From Syntrophales bacterium (GTDB lineage: Bacteria; Desulfobacterota; Syntrophia; Syntrophales; UBA4778), in assembly GCA_963665615.2 (NCBI GenBank), contig CAXXQE010000006.1, positions 434,001 through 498,000 on the forward strand: DNA of 64,000 bases, given 5' to 3'. Position 1 is the first letter of the stretch; every line of letters starts with the position of its first letter. Below are positions 49,842-59,327 of the stretch, in pieces. The position numbers and the translations under genes were made by a program. Under the pieces are notes generated by a model. It saw only the letters and a list, made by a program, of their open reading frames with translations. It did not search any database and was not told the DNA's origin.

Positions 49842-50064
49842 GCAGCTGGCGCCGCAGCGGATAGTAACAAGTAACGAGTAACAAGAAAAAAGCAAAACGA
49901 CGGAGTAAACGAGAACACCATTCTTGTTCTACCCGCATGCGGACATCCAGGTCTTTGATAACTACCCGGCGACCGCTGTGCGATACTCGAATCGGTGCCA
50001 CCTTAAGAAGCTGCTGCTTGCGACTTATTATTTGTCACTCGTCACTCGTTACTCGTCACCCGTT
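49842..50064. repeat. Hairpin cap plus inverted 7-mer arrays
   Basis: gcagctggcgccgc...gtaacaagtaacgagtaacaag ... tgtcactcgtcactcgttactcgtcacccg. Confidence 0.75.
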
Positions 50065-50658
50065 GTGAATTGGAAAGACGGCGAAGATGAAGGCACTCCA
50101 CAGCGAATGCGAGACGATGACCATCGCCAGATCGCGACGCCAGAGATAGAGGCCGCCCCAGAAAAGCCCCGCCACCAAGGCCGCTCCGATCAGCATGACA
50201 TTGCCGGAAAAGGCATGCACCCCGGCATAAACGGCGCTGCCGACGAGAAATCCCTTTGCCCCGCCGAGGCGCGCCATCAGCCGCTCCTGCAGAAAGCCGC
50301 GCCAGAAGATCTCCTCCCCCGGGCCTGTTACGCAAAGCAGCAGCAGAAAGGTCAGGAAGCGCGACGTACCTGTGCCCAGATCGTAAATCCCGGAAACCTG
50401 GCTGGGCGCCCCCGGCACCACATAAGGCCCGAGCGCATTGCCGAGATAAAAGATCCCGTAGAGCACGATGGCAGACAGCGCGCCGATCGCCATGGACGAA
50501 GCGCGCCAACGGATCTTCGGACGCTGCTGATATAGCGCGAAGACCGCCAGCACAACGACCGACGCACCGATCTTCGCCCAGAAGTTTCCCAGGGCGATTC
50601 CGAAGGTGATAAACCAGCCGACAACCGCCACCGCTATGGAGACGTAAACCGCTGTCAC
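50056..50658 (-). CDS. CPBP/Abi (CAAX protease-like) intramembrane metalloprotease
   Basis: EEIFWRG, YAGVH, SHSLW; GTG start overlaps upstream TGA. Confidence 0.85.
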   Translation of the reverse strand: MTAVYVSIAVAVVGWFITFGIALGNFWAKIGASVVVLAVFALYQQRPKIRWRASSMAIGALSAIVLYGIFYLGNALGPYVVPGAPSQVSGIYDLGTGTSRFLTFLLLLCVTGPGEEIFWRGFLQERLMARLGGAKGFLVGSAVYAGVHAFSGNVMLIGAALVAGLFWGGLYLWRRDLAMVIVSHSLWSAFIFAVFPIHNG

Positions 50659-51551
50659 AGGATCAAGCCCGAGCCAAGCAAAAGCGCAACGAGGAGCAGG
50701 AGACCGAAGATCGTGTCGAGTTGCGCCGCCTGCGCGTCCGCCGCATCCGGGATCTCGCGCTTGAACTGACGGATCAACGCCACCGCCTTGGGCAGCGACA
50801 GGAAAACCAGGAGACCCCACAGGCTTACGATCCGGCAGGCTACCAATGCCGCCATGCAAAGGTAGGCTAGAGCGATCAACCCGGTGAAGAACTGGAAGCT
50901 GCCCTTATCGCCCAGCCGCACACAGATCGTCGCGATCCCGCAGCGCTCGTCGTAGGCGCGGTCGCGCATGTTGTTCGCCAGAATGACCAGCGCCACCAAA
51001 AGGCCGAAGGGAATCGAGACATAGAGCGCCTTGAGCGACAGAACCTGGCGCTGCACCGCATAAGCCCCCTCCACCATGAGCGGACCCCACATCAGAAAGA
51101 CGGCCCCCTCGCCTAGTCCGCGGTATTTGAACTTTACCGGCCCCGCCGTATAGAAATAGCTCGTCAGCGCCCCGATAATACCGATCCAGAGGACATGAGA
51201 AGAACGTTGAAAGGCGATCAGCATACCGAGCGCCACCGTTATCACCAGAAGCCACAGGGCCTCCAGGAGAACCTGCCGCGAGGTCATCAACCCCGAGACA
51301 ATCGGCTGTGGACGATACTTCGCCGTGGGCGAATCCGCCTGATCGACCTCGTAGCGGGCATCGAAGAAGTCGTTGAAGAGATTGGCCGAGGCGTGAAAGC
51401 AGACGATCCCGACCAGCGTGACCGCAAACCACAACCACGACACCGGCCCCGCCTCCGCAGCCAGCAGGGTGCCCACGGCCACCGAAATCACCGACATGAT
51501 GAACGACCACGGACGGGTCGCCAGCACATACGCGATCAAATGTTTCAGCAT
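50655..51551 (-). CDS. menA: UbiA-family prenyltransferase, MenA-like
   Basis: ATRPWS, NLFNDFFD, YTAGP..KYRGLGE, NNMRD...D. Confidence 0.8.
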   Translation of the reverse strand: MLKHLIAYVLATRPWSFIMSVISVAVGTLLAAEAGPVSWLWFAVTLVGIVCFHASANLFNDFFDARYEVDQADSPTAKYRPQPIVSGLMTSRQVLLEALWLLVITVALGMLIAFQRSSHVLWIGIIGALTSYFYTAGPVKFKYRGLGEGAVFLMWGPLMVEGAYAVQRQVLSLKALYVSIPFGLLVALVILANNMRDRAYDERCGIATICVRLGDKGSFQFFTGLIALAYLCMAALVACRIVSLWGLLVFLSLPKAVALIRQFKREIPDAADAQAAQLDTIFGLLLLVALLLGSGLIL

Positions 51552-51600
51552 ATAAGGGTCCTCGATAAATGATGTGGGGGTATCTAATCAGATTATGGGA

Positions 51601-51678
51601 ATAAGTAAATAGTAAATAGTGAACAGTAAACAGGGACGGGATAAAGACAGTGACGGGTGACGAGTAACGAGTGACAAG
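51601..51678 (+). repeat. Two 7-mer arrays (AGTAAAT and GTGACGA types)
   Basis: agtaaatagtaaatagtgaacagtaaacag...gtgacgggtgacgagtaacgagtgacaag. Confidence 0.8.
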
Positions 51679-51953
51679 AAAAGAGGCATAGCCAAAAGGT
51701 GAATCATGTCTGCCCCGATCCGGCATCCGGTCTTTTCCTAATTGCTTGCCGGTCGTGTGATCCCCAGCGTTCAAAGTTCGGAATTAGAAAAATAGCAAAG
51801 ATGCCTTTCCTTCAATGCATAAAATCCCTGCGAAATTGACAGCGAAAATATTTGACAATTTTCACAAAAACTGAATAGAAACTAGGGACTATTCTTACAT
51901 TTCCGAGTTTTAATAACTCAATTATTGATTCTTCCGGAAACAAATTAATAACC

Positions 51954-52454
51954 ATGAAGATTAGGGACATCTCGAAATACATTATTATAATACTTCTTTT
52001 TGCCGCTTCGGCCTCTGCTGGCGAGATTGTTTTGGCAGACAAGGTATTGGTAGAAAAAAAGGCAAGACAACTTACGCTCCTGTCAAAAGGACGAGAGCTG
52101 AAAGTCTACAAAATCGCATTAGGGGGCAACCCTATAGGCGCTAAAGAAAAGGAAGGAGATGGAAAAACCCCGGAGGGACTCTACATCATAGACTCACGCA
52201 ATAAAAATAGCGGATACCATCTTTCGCTTCATGTCACCTATCCAAATGAGAAGGATCGGGCGCGCGCCAAAGAACTAGACGTTTCTCCTGGTGGCAATAT
52301 TATGATCCACGGCATTAAGAACGGTTTCGGGTGGGTAGGCCGTTTTCATACCCGGTTTGACTGGACCAAAGGCTGCATTGCTGTTACCGACATGGAGATT
52401 GAAGACATAGACAAGCTGGTACCCGATGGCACGCCCATCGAAATACGACCATAA
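51954..52454 (+). CDS. L,D-transpeptidase (YkuD) family protein
   Basis: EGDGKTPEG, IMIHG...WTKGCIA; signal peptide. Confidence 0.9.
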   Translation: MKIRDISKYIIIILLFAASASAGEIVLADKVLVEKKARQLTLLSKGRELKVYKIALGGNPIGAKEKEGDGKTPEGLYIIDSRNKNSGYHLSLHVTYPNEKDRARAKELDVSPGGNIMIHGIKNGFGWVGRFHTRFDWTKGCIAVTDMEIEDIDKLVPDGTPIEIRP

Positions 52455-52599
52455 AAGAGAGCAGAACAAGCCAGCGCATCTGTCTTGGAAGGATGTCGAA
52501 CTCAAAATCTATAGAAACAACATGCGAATCCAATGCGCTCATGCCCCATGATCTCTTCCAGACAACTTCAGTTAGAGAGTAAGAATCACAACAAAGGAG

Positions 52600-53118
52600 A
52601 TGCGTACAATGATCAAACGGCAATCTCAATTTAATGAAAACGACAACAACCCCGGAGGAAGAGCAGGAAAAGTCCTCCTGCATATCGCTTTCGCAATTTT
52701 TATTTCAGCCTGCTCAACGCATCCGATCAGTCAGCAGATGTTGTCAGACCAGGCCGTTTCGTCAGAGAAGCTTGAGCAAACAAGCCTTCCAAGCCTCCTT
52801 TTCTTTTTACCTATTGGGCCTGGGACAGTACTGACAATACCGATCGGACCATACAACTCCAATAAAATGCGGGAAGTGATCTGTTACAATAAAACTGGGC
52901 AAAAAGTTAAACTCAGCGTCGATCGCAACACCCAACTCATCATTAAAGATAAAAAAGGCGAAACGCATCAGTTTTATTTTGATACGGTTTATGTCGAGAA
53001 TAAGATCCTATATGGTTTGAGATCAAGAATATTGAAGCTGAAGAGGGAAGTACCTGTCGATGATATTGAGTCTGCTGAGATTTATAGCGAATTTGCCAAA
53101 GAAACCTCAATAGAGTAA
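52600..53118 (+). CDS. Hypothetical lipoprotein (start uncertain)
   Basis: Long ORF in AT-rich DNA with FISAC lipobox-like motif. Confidence 0.55.
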   Translation: MRTMIKRQSQFNENDNNPGGRAGKVLLHIAFAIFISACSTHPISQQMLSDQAVSSEKLEQTSLPSLLFFLPIGPGTVLTIPIGPYNSNKMREVICYNKTGQKVKLSVDRNTQLIIKDKKGETHQFYFDTVYVENKILYGLRSRILKLKREVPVDDIESAEIYSEFAKETSIE

Positions 53119-53251
53119 CGCCGTAAGACAACGACGAGCATGCAGCCTAATAACTTAACAAGCTATAAGCTATGCGCTTCACGCTGTGAAGTACGACGTC
53201 CTATCCGTCCGGCGAGTTTTTTCTTATATTGACAATTTTACGGTGCGACGT

Positions 53252-53617
53252 ATGTTTTGTCCGGAATGCAAAGCCGAGTATGTTGTCGGCATCTCAAGAT
53301 GCCCTGATTGCGATGTTGCGCTGGTCGATGAATCGCCCGATGCGGAAGGATCTGTTCCGGAATTCGTCGATTACCGGGAAGTGTTTTCAACCTACAATCC
53401 GGCGGATGTCGCATTTCTGAAGTCCTATTTCGATAATGCCGGCATCCAGTATTTCTTCAAGGGTGATCATTTCATGTATATGTTGTCTTGGGCCGACCCG
53501 GTAAGACTTATGGTTCGAGTCGATCAGATTGAGGAGGCCCGAGCACTTCTGAAGGATATGAACGTTACTTTCTTAGGCGTCTCTCCCGCAAGAGACGATA
53601 ATGACAACGAATCATAA
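53252..53617 (+). CDS. Zn-ribbon plus DUF2007-like protein
   Basis: MFCPECKAEY...CPDCDVALV; KSYFDNAGI...VRLMV. Confidence 0.75.
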   Translation: MFCPECKAEYVVGISRCPDCDVALVDESPDAEGSVPEFVDYREVFSTYNPADVAFLKSYFDNAGIQYFFKGDHFMYMLSWADPVRLMVRVDQIEEARALLKDMNVTFLGVSPARDDNDNES

Positions 53618-53796
53618 TGCAACGAAGCTATCGAACAGTCCCGCCATCGGTAAAAACGCTGCGGCGTTGCACCCACTTCCCGATCGAGTCCTCCGGCATT
53701 GACAGACAACGCGTCTCATCGTAAACTCATTTGCCTGTTGCAATCGGCCTTTGCTTTCAGCGATGAACAAATCAACCGGATGGAAATTAGAGATTA

Positions 53797-54507
53797 ATGG
53801 AGATAAATGTAGATTCACCCGAAGAACTTGAAAACTGTCTCAAACCAACCCGTTTCATCGATCATGACGCACCCGCGATCATTGCATTTGCAAAACAAGT
53901 TATCGGCGACGCAAGCAATGACAGTGACAAAGCGATCCGCCTTTTTTATGCCGTGAGGGATGAAATACAGTACGATCCCTATCGCGTCGATTTGACCCCA
54001 AACGGATTCAAGGCCAGCGTTGTTCTTGCCCGGAAAAGAGGGTACTGTGTTGCCAAGGCGATTCTCCTTGCGGCACTGGCAAGGGCTGTATCGATTCCGT
54101 CGCGCATCGGCCTGGCGGATGTCCGGAATCATCTGGTGACGGAGCGCCTCAAGAGCCTGATGAAAACGGATATCTTCTATTACCACGGCTTCACGGAACT
54201 CTTTCTCGACGGCCGATGGGTCAAGGCGACGCCGACCTTCAATCTTTCCCTTTGCCAACGTTTCGGAATCAAACCCATGGATTTCGATGGCCATCATGAT
54301 GCCCTGTTCCACGAATTCGATCGTGACGGCAATCTCCACATGGAGTATGTCAACTATCACGGTTCCTTCGTCGATGTCCCTTTTGATCTCATCCTGCATG
54401 CCTTCGAAACGTATTACCCGACCTTCACCAATGACTGCGCGTCACTCGCAACGGGTAACTTCGAAAAAGAAGCAGAGGAAGACATCAAAAGGACATCCAT
54501 GAAGTAA
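53797..54507 (+). CDS. Transglutaminase-like protein
   Basis: LFYAVRDEIQYDPY, GYCVAKA, YHG, WVKATPTF. Confidence 0.85.
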   Translation: MEINVDSPEELENCLKPTRFIDHDAPAIIAFAKQVIGDASNDSDKAIRLFYAVRDEIQYDPYRVDLTPNGFKASVVLARKRGYCVAKAILLAALARAVSIPSRIGLADVRNHLVTERLKSLMKTDIFYYHGFTELFLDGRWVKATPTFNLSLCQRFGIKPMDFDGHHDALFHEFDRDGNLHMEYVNYHGSFVDVPFDLILHAFETYYPTFTNDCASLATGNFEKEAEEDIKRTSMK

Positions 54508-54612
54508 CGCCGGGAGAGACGACGGCAGGCGCAATCTGGCCCCCTTTTATGGCTCCCGTTCAGGCGTTGACTTTTGTTGTTTCCCCTTTTATCGTAATGC
54601 CCAGAGGGTGAT

Positions 54613-55980
54613 ATGAATCTCAAACCATTATTCGAACCTAAGGCAATGGCGGTTATCGGCGTATCATTGAGCAATGAACGTCATCCTGCCACGGTCGTGT
54701 ATTCCAAGAATCATCTGCGGGGGCCGGTCGAGGTTTACGCCGTTAATCCGAAAGGCGGAAAACTGCATGGCGAGACGATTTATCCGAGCGTGAAGGATAT
54801 CCCCCGGAAAATCGATCTCGCAGCAATCGTGACCAGGGCCGATCTGACGCCGAACGTGATGATTGATTGCATCGAGGCGGGCGTCAAATCGGCCATCGTG
54901 ATTTCCGGCGGCTTCACCGAAAGGGGCCGCGAGGATTTGCAGAATCGCCTGGTCGATATTGCGCGCGAAGCGCAATTTCCCTTTATCGGCCCCAACTGCC
55001 TTGGAATCTATGTCCCGTCCCGTGTCGATACCTTTTCCGCTCCTATTGAAAGAATGGTACAGCCGCGAGCCGGCGGCGTGGCGTTTGTGAGCCAAAGCGG
55101 CGGTATCGCGATCGATCAAATGATCAAATTTGTGAGCCACGGGGTCGGCGTTTCTAAAATGGTCAGCATCGGAAACAAGGCGCTTATCCGTGAAAAGGAA
55201 ATGCTGGACTACCTGATTAAAGATCCGACCACAAAAGTGATCGCTTACTATGTAGAAGGCTTTTCCCCTGGCGAAGGACGTGAATTCGTGCTGGCGGCCA
55301 AACATTCCCCTAAGCCTGTCATTATGTTGAAAGCCGGAAAAACCGAGGCGGGGAACCGCGCCGTAACCAGTCACACCGCATCCCTGGCCGGCGACTACGC
55401 CAGTTTTTCCTCGGTGATGGCGCAACATCATATCCTGGAGGCCGCCAGTGAAAACGAACTGGCATCCTTTTGTGCAGCCTTGAATTCCTATAAAACTGCG
55501 ATAGCAGGGAACATCGGAATCATTACGTGCAGCGGCGGCCACGGCGCCATTGCGGTAGACGGCTGTACGCTGGCCGGGTTGAATGTTCCGGAGCTGTCGG
55601 AACAGAGCATGGCGGAGATGAGAGACAATCTGACGGAAAGCGTACGGTACATCGCCTCACTCAACAATCCCGCCGACCTCACCGGCAGTGCGGTCGATGA
55701 CGATGTTGTCGCCTGCGCAAAGGTCATGGCTGCGACACCCGAGCTTGACTGCGTGATCGTTCTCATGCTGCCCTACACGCCGGGCATCAGTCTGGATATC
55801 GGCGCAAAATTGAGTTCTCTGAGCAAGAAATTCGGCAAACCGTTCATTGCCTATGTCCCGCACATGGAAAGATACGATATGCTCATCGAGGGCTTTCAAA
55901 TGAACGGCATCCCGGTGTCACCGTCCATTGAGGGCGTCGTCCTTATGGCAAAAGCATTAGCAAGGAAGAAACCATGCTGA
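54613..55980 (+). CDS. ADP-forming acyl-CoA synthetase, alpha subunit
   Basis: CoA-binding domain, GPNCLG, SQSG, SHTASLAG (phospho-His), NPADLTG. Confidence 0.85.
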   Translation: MNLKPLFEPKAMAVIGVSLSNERHPATVVYSKNHLRGPVEVYAVNPKGGKLHGETIYPSVKDIPRKIDLAAIVTRADLTPNVMIDCIEAGVKSAIVISGGFTERGREDLQNRLVDIAREAQFPFIGPNCLGIYVPSRVDTFSAPIERMVQPRAGGVAFVSQSGGIAIDQMIKFVSHGVGVSKMVSIGNKALIREKEMLDYLIKDPTTKVIAYYVEGFSPGEGREFVLAAKHSPKPVIMLKAGKTEAGNRAVTSHTASLAGDYASFSSVMAQHHILEAASENELASFCAALNSYKTAIAGNIGIITCSGGHGAIAVDGCTLAGLNVPELSEQSMAEMRDNLTESVRYIASLNNPADLTGSAVDDDVVACAKVMAATPELDCVIVLMLPYTPGISLDIGAKLSSLSKKFGKPFIAYVPHMERYDMLIEGFQMNGIPVSPSIEGVVLMAKALARKKPC

Positions 55981-56651
55981 ACAAAGAAATCCACGCCATC
56001 CTCTCGAGGTCTAAAGAATGGGGCTGGGTGATGGAGCCGGATGCGCAAAAGATCTTTTCCCTCTACGGGTTCAAAACGCCGAAATACGGCGTTGCGACAA
56101 ATGCTGCACACGCATTGAAAATCGCACATCAAATCGGCTATCCGGTGGTCGCGAAGGTCGTGTCTCCGGCCATTCTTCACAAGTCGGATGTCAAAGGCGT
56201 CGTCGTCGGCGTCAAAGACGACAAAACGCTCGTTGCCACGTTTGAAAGGTTTGAGAAGCTCGATGGCTTCAGCGGCATGCTTGTTTCCGAGATGGTCAGG
56301 GGCATCGAGCTGATTATCGGTGCAAAGAACGATCATCAATTCGGTCCGATCATCCTGCTGGGCATGGGCGGGGTCGGTGTCGAGATTTACAAGGACGTCG
56401 CCTTGCGCATGGCGCCGTTGCAACCCAAAGATGTGGACGGCATGGTCTGTGAGTTGGACGCCCGTCAATTCCTCACCGGCTATCGCGGCTCGGACGGCAT
56501 TAACATGAACGCCCTCAAAAAACTGCTCGTCAACTTTTCCCGATTGATGATGGATTTGCAGGGCGTCGTGGAATCGGTCGATATGAACCCCGTTATCTGT
56601 ACACCCAAAACATGCCTGGCCGTCGATGCACGGATCATCCTGAAAAAATAG
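55974..56651 (+). CDS. ADP-forming acyl-CoA synthetase, beta (ATP-grasp) subunit
   Basis: GYPVVAKVVS..ILHKSDV.GV, ELIIG, FGP, DMNP, VDAR. Confidence 0.85.
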   Translation: MLNKEIHAILSRSKEWGWVMEPDAQKIFSLYGFKTPKYGVATNAAHALKIAHQIGYPVVAKVVSPAILHKSDVKGVVVGVKDDKTLVATFERFEKLDGFSGMLVSEMVRGIELIIGAKNDHQFGPIILLGMGGVGVEIYKDVALRMAPLQPKDVDGMVCELDARQFLTGYRGSDGINMNALKKLLVNFSRLMMDLQGVVESVDMNPVICTPKTCLAVDARIILKK

Positions 56652-56745
56652 TCATGCAGTTCCTTTCCGGCGACTGCAATCAGATCGTCAGGATTGCAAG
56701 AACGGCCATACTCGCCATGATCAAACGGCCATTTAAGGAAATCCA

Positions 56746-57591
56746 ATGAACCGAGTGGTAATCTGGGGAACGGGGCAAGGCGGCAGGATGATGTTGAATC
56801 TGCTGCGCGCCGACAGGCACGTTGTCGCATTCTGTGACAACAACAAAACGTTGCACGGCACCGCAATCGACGGCATTCCTGTCGTTGCTGAACGTGAGCT
56901 TTTAGAGATAAACCCGGATTGCATCTACATTGCGATTCTCAATAGTGACGCCTGCGTCCAGGTCAGGACGCAGATCGAGAAACTGGGAATCCCCGCCCGC
57001 ATTCTCCCTGTGACGGAACTCCGCAACCAGTTTGACATCCGGCTGGCTACGTTAAGACTGATCGCGAAAGAGATCGAGGACCGCAGTATTCCGGGCGCCG
57101 TTGCCGAATTGGGGGTCTATCAAGGCGAGTTCGCCGCGGAAATAAACCGATTGTTTCCCGAACGTCATATTTACCTGTTTGATACATTTGAAGGCTTTGA
57201 TGAACGAGATCTCCGATTCGAAAGAGAAAAACAGTATGCGCGCCTGGACCAGGACAACTTTAACCATACCAGCGTGGATACGGTTTATCAGCGGTTGCCT
57301 TATCCGGATCGGGCGATATTCAGGAAGGGCTATTTCCCGGACACTGCCTGCGGCGTGGATGAGACATTTGCGCTCGTCAGTCTGGACGCCGATTTGTATC
57401 GGCCGATGTACGAAGGTCTGAAATTCTTTTATCCGAAGATGACCCGGGGCGGATATATCATCCTGCATGATTACAACAGCTCGCAGTTTCGCGGGGCCGG
57501 TGAAGCAGTGAGACGGTTCTGTCGGGAGCATGAATTTTTCGTTGTTCCGCTTAGTGATCTGCACGGCAGTGCCGTGATAGTGAAAACATGA
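56746..57591 (+). CDS. TylF/MycF-family O-methyltransferase with N-terminal Rossmann-like domain
   Basis: IWGTGQGG; AELGVYQG, FDTFEGF, KGYFPDT, LDADLY, HDY. Confidence 0.85.
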   Translation: MNRVVIWGTGQGGRMMLNLLRADRHVVAFCDNNKTLHGTAIDGIPVVAERELLEINPDCIYIAILNSDACVQVRTQIEKLGIPARILPVTELRNQFDIRLATLRLIAKEIEDRSIPGAVAELGVYQGEFAAEINRLFPERHIYLFDTFEGFDERDLRFEREKQYARLDQDNFNHTSVDTVYQRLPYPDRAIFRKGYFPDTACGVDETFALVSLDADLYRPMYEGLKFFYPKMTRGGYIILHDYNSSQFRGAGEAVRRFCREHEFFVVPLSDLHGSAVIVKT

Positions 57592-57971
57592 GAGGAATAT
57601 CCCTGAGCCCGAAAGAATTCGACCGTATCGTCAAGCAGGCGATTCAGAAGATCCCGGCGGAGATGCGCGATCACCTGGAAAATGTTCTGATTTCAGTCCG
57701 CCCCAAACCATCGCCTGAACTCCTTGCCGATATGGGCCTTCCCCCAGACTACCCGCTGCTCGGCGTTTATCATGGGGCTCCCCTCATGGAGCGCTCGGCT
57801 GTGGTGCCACCCCTCTTCCCCGATACGATCTTTATTTTTCAGGAGCCGTTGGAGGCAATGTGCCGGACGATAGAGGAACTTGAAGATGAGATCGAAATCA
57901 CCGTTGTCCACGAGATTGCGCATTACATCGGCTTGACCGAGGAAGAGCTGGCAGACCTCGGCTATGCGTGA
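57588..57971 (+). CDS. Zincin-like metallopeptidase (DUF1025 type)
   Basis: LLGVYHG, PDTIFIF, TVVHEIAHYIG. Confidence 0.85.
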   Translation: MRGISLSPKEFDRIVKQAIQKIPAEMRDHLENVLISVRPKPSPELLADMGLPPDYPLLGVYHGAPLMERSAVVPPLFPDTIFIFQEPLEAMCRTIEELEDEIEITVVHEIAHYIGLTEEELADLGYA

Positions 57972-58076
57972 CGGCGCGCCATCGCTTCACAATAATGTTA
58001 CTTCAAAAAGAGGCTTCTTTGTCGCTACCCCTCCTATGGTGCGTGGTACCGGGAGCGCTGTTTTCAAACTGTCTGC

Positions 58077-58106
58077 TTGACAGGAATGCTCACGGATGCT
58101 TATGAT
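58077..58106 (+). promoter_or_regulatory. Sigma70-like promoter of SDR gene
   Basis: TTGACA-N18-TATGAT. Confidence 0.5.
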
Positions 58107-58147
58107 TCCGCACAAATCATAAACTTAGTCTAATGATAGGAGTTAAC

Positions 58148-58950
58148 ATGCTTGAGATCAAAAATTCTGTTGCGGTCATAACCGGAGGCGGAGGCGGAAT
58201 AGGGTTTGAAAACTTGCAAAATATTGGGTGCAAAACGGATTCCCGGCAAAGTTGTGATTGCCGATATTATCCCGCATATGTTGGACAGTGCTGAAAAGCA
58301 GTTGCAGGAAATCGGGGGGGGACGTCTTAAAAGTGCTCTGTGACAGCACAGATGAAAATGCTTGCGGGAAATTGGCCGATGCAGCCATTGAGCGGTTTGG
58401 CAGTATTAACCTGGTGGCGCCTTTCGCAGGCATTATCAAAGACGGGATGATGGTTTCTACAGATAAGCAGACCGGAAAAGTGAATCGAAAAATGTCTCTT
58501 GAACAGTTCAAGGCCGTTATCGATATCAATCTGACTGGCGTCTTCTTAACCGTTCGCGAATGCGCCGAACGGATGATCGATAATGAATGCAAGGGCCTTA
58601 TCTGCCTTATTTCATCTACCGGATCACTTGGAACGGCAGGACAATTAAACTACTCATCCTCAAAGGCAGCCATGTCCATTTTTCCAAAAGTCATTACGGC
58701 TGAATTTTTCAGACGAGGCATTGCCGACAGGATCAGGTGCTGTGCGGTGGCGCCCGGCTATGTGGGAACTGCCATGGTCAAGGGTATGGATCAGAAAGCT
58801 CTGGAGTCCATTTTAACGGATGTTCCCATCAATCGATTAATTGATCCAGCGGAAATCGCCTCCCTAGTCGGGGAATTATACAGAAATGAAGCGATGGCCG
58901 GCGAGGTCTACTTTATCCACGGCGGCCTTCGATTGGGGTCACGAGGATAA
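58148..58950 (+). CDS. SDR oxidoreductase with several frameshifts in 58205-58321
   Basis: MLEIKNSVAVITGGGGGIG; ISSTG, NYSSSK, VAPGYV; intermediate segments (LAKYWVQNG, GKVVIADI) lie in other frames. Confidence 0.8.
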
Positions 58951-59147
58951 TCGAGAACAGGTTTCGAAAGGGCCACGCCTGTCTGGTCTTTCCATACCCG
59001 CGATCCATCCGGAGCAAGGCCGTTGGCGAAGCAGTCGGGGTTCAACGGCCTCTTCCGTTTTTATAGACCGGGAAGCATACCCTGTTCAATCGGTGCTTGC
59101 AGCACCATGTAGTTGTTAACTGCTCCTCAACAGCCTACCCGATAATG

Positions 59148-59295
59148 TGAAGCCGGTGGCGAGCGCATTCCTCGCAATTTGCTGTGGGCTAAGCGAGCGT
59201 ATCATGTCCGAACCTTTTCCTTAGGAATCGGCGATTCCTCGGAACTTGTCTGTCTGCGTGCGGTTACGCACAGGCAAGCTCCGGCGAGGGTTCAA
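59148..59295 (-). mobile_element. Family B element with nested 30-nt hairpin insert (59249-59278)
   Basis: Colinear with 4136-4255 except tctgtctgcgtgcggttacgcacaggcaag inserted between cttg and ctccgg. Confidence 0.75.
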
Positions 59296-59327
59296 TTATA
59301 GATCTCAATAAGGGAGACAGCATCACG

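Noticed and set aside
9375..51551. Eukaryote-like CaaX processing trio (prenyltransferase, CAAX protease, ICMT)
   Set aside because: The ICMT-family gene is 40 kb away, and UbiA-family enzymes are unrelated to protein prenyltransferases.
52455..53200. Possible integron attC sites after the ldt and lipoprotein genes (GCAGAAC, GCCTAAT, GTTAGAG)
   Set aside because: No complementary R''/R' pair or L boxes found, and no integrase in the window.
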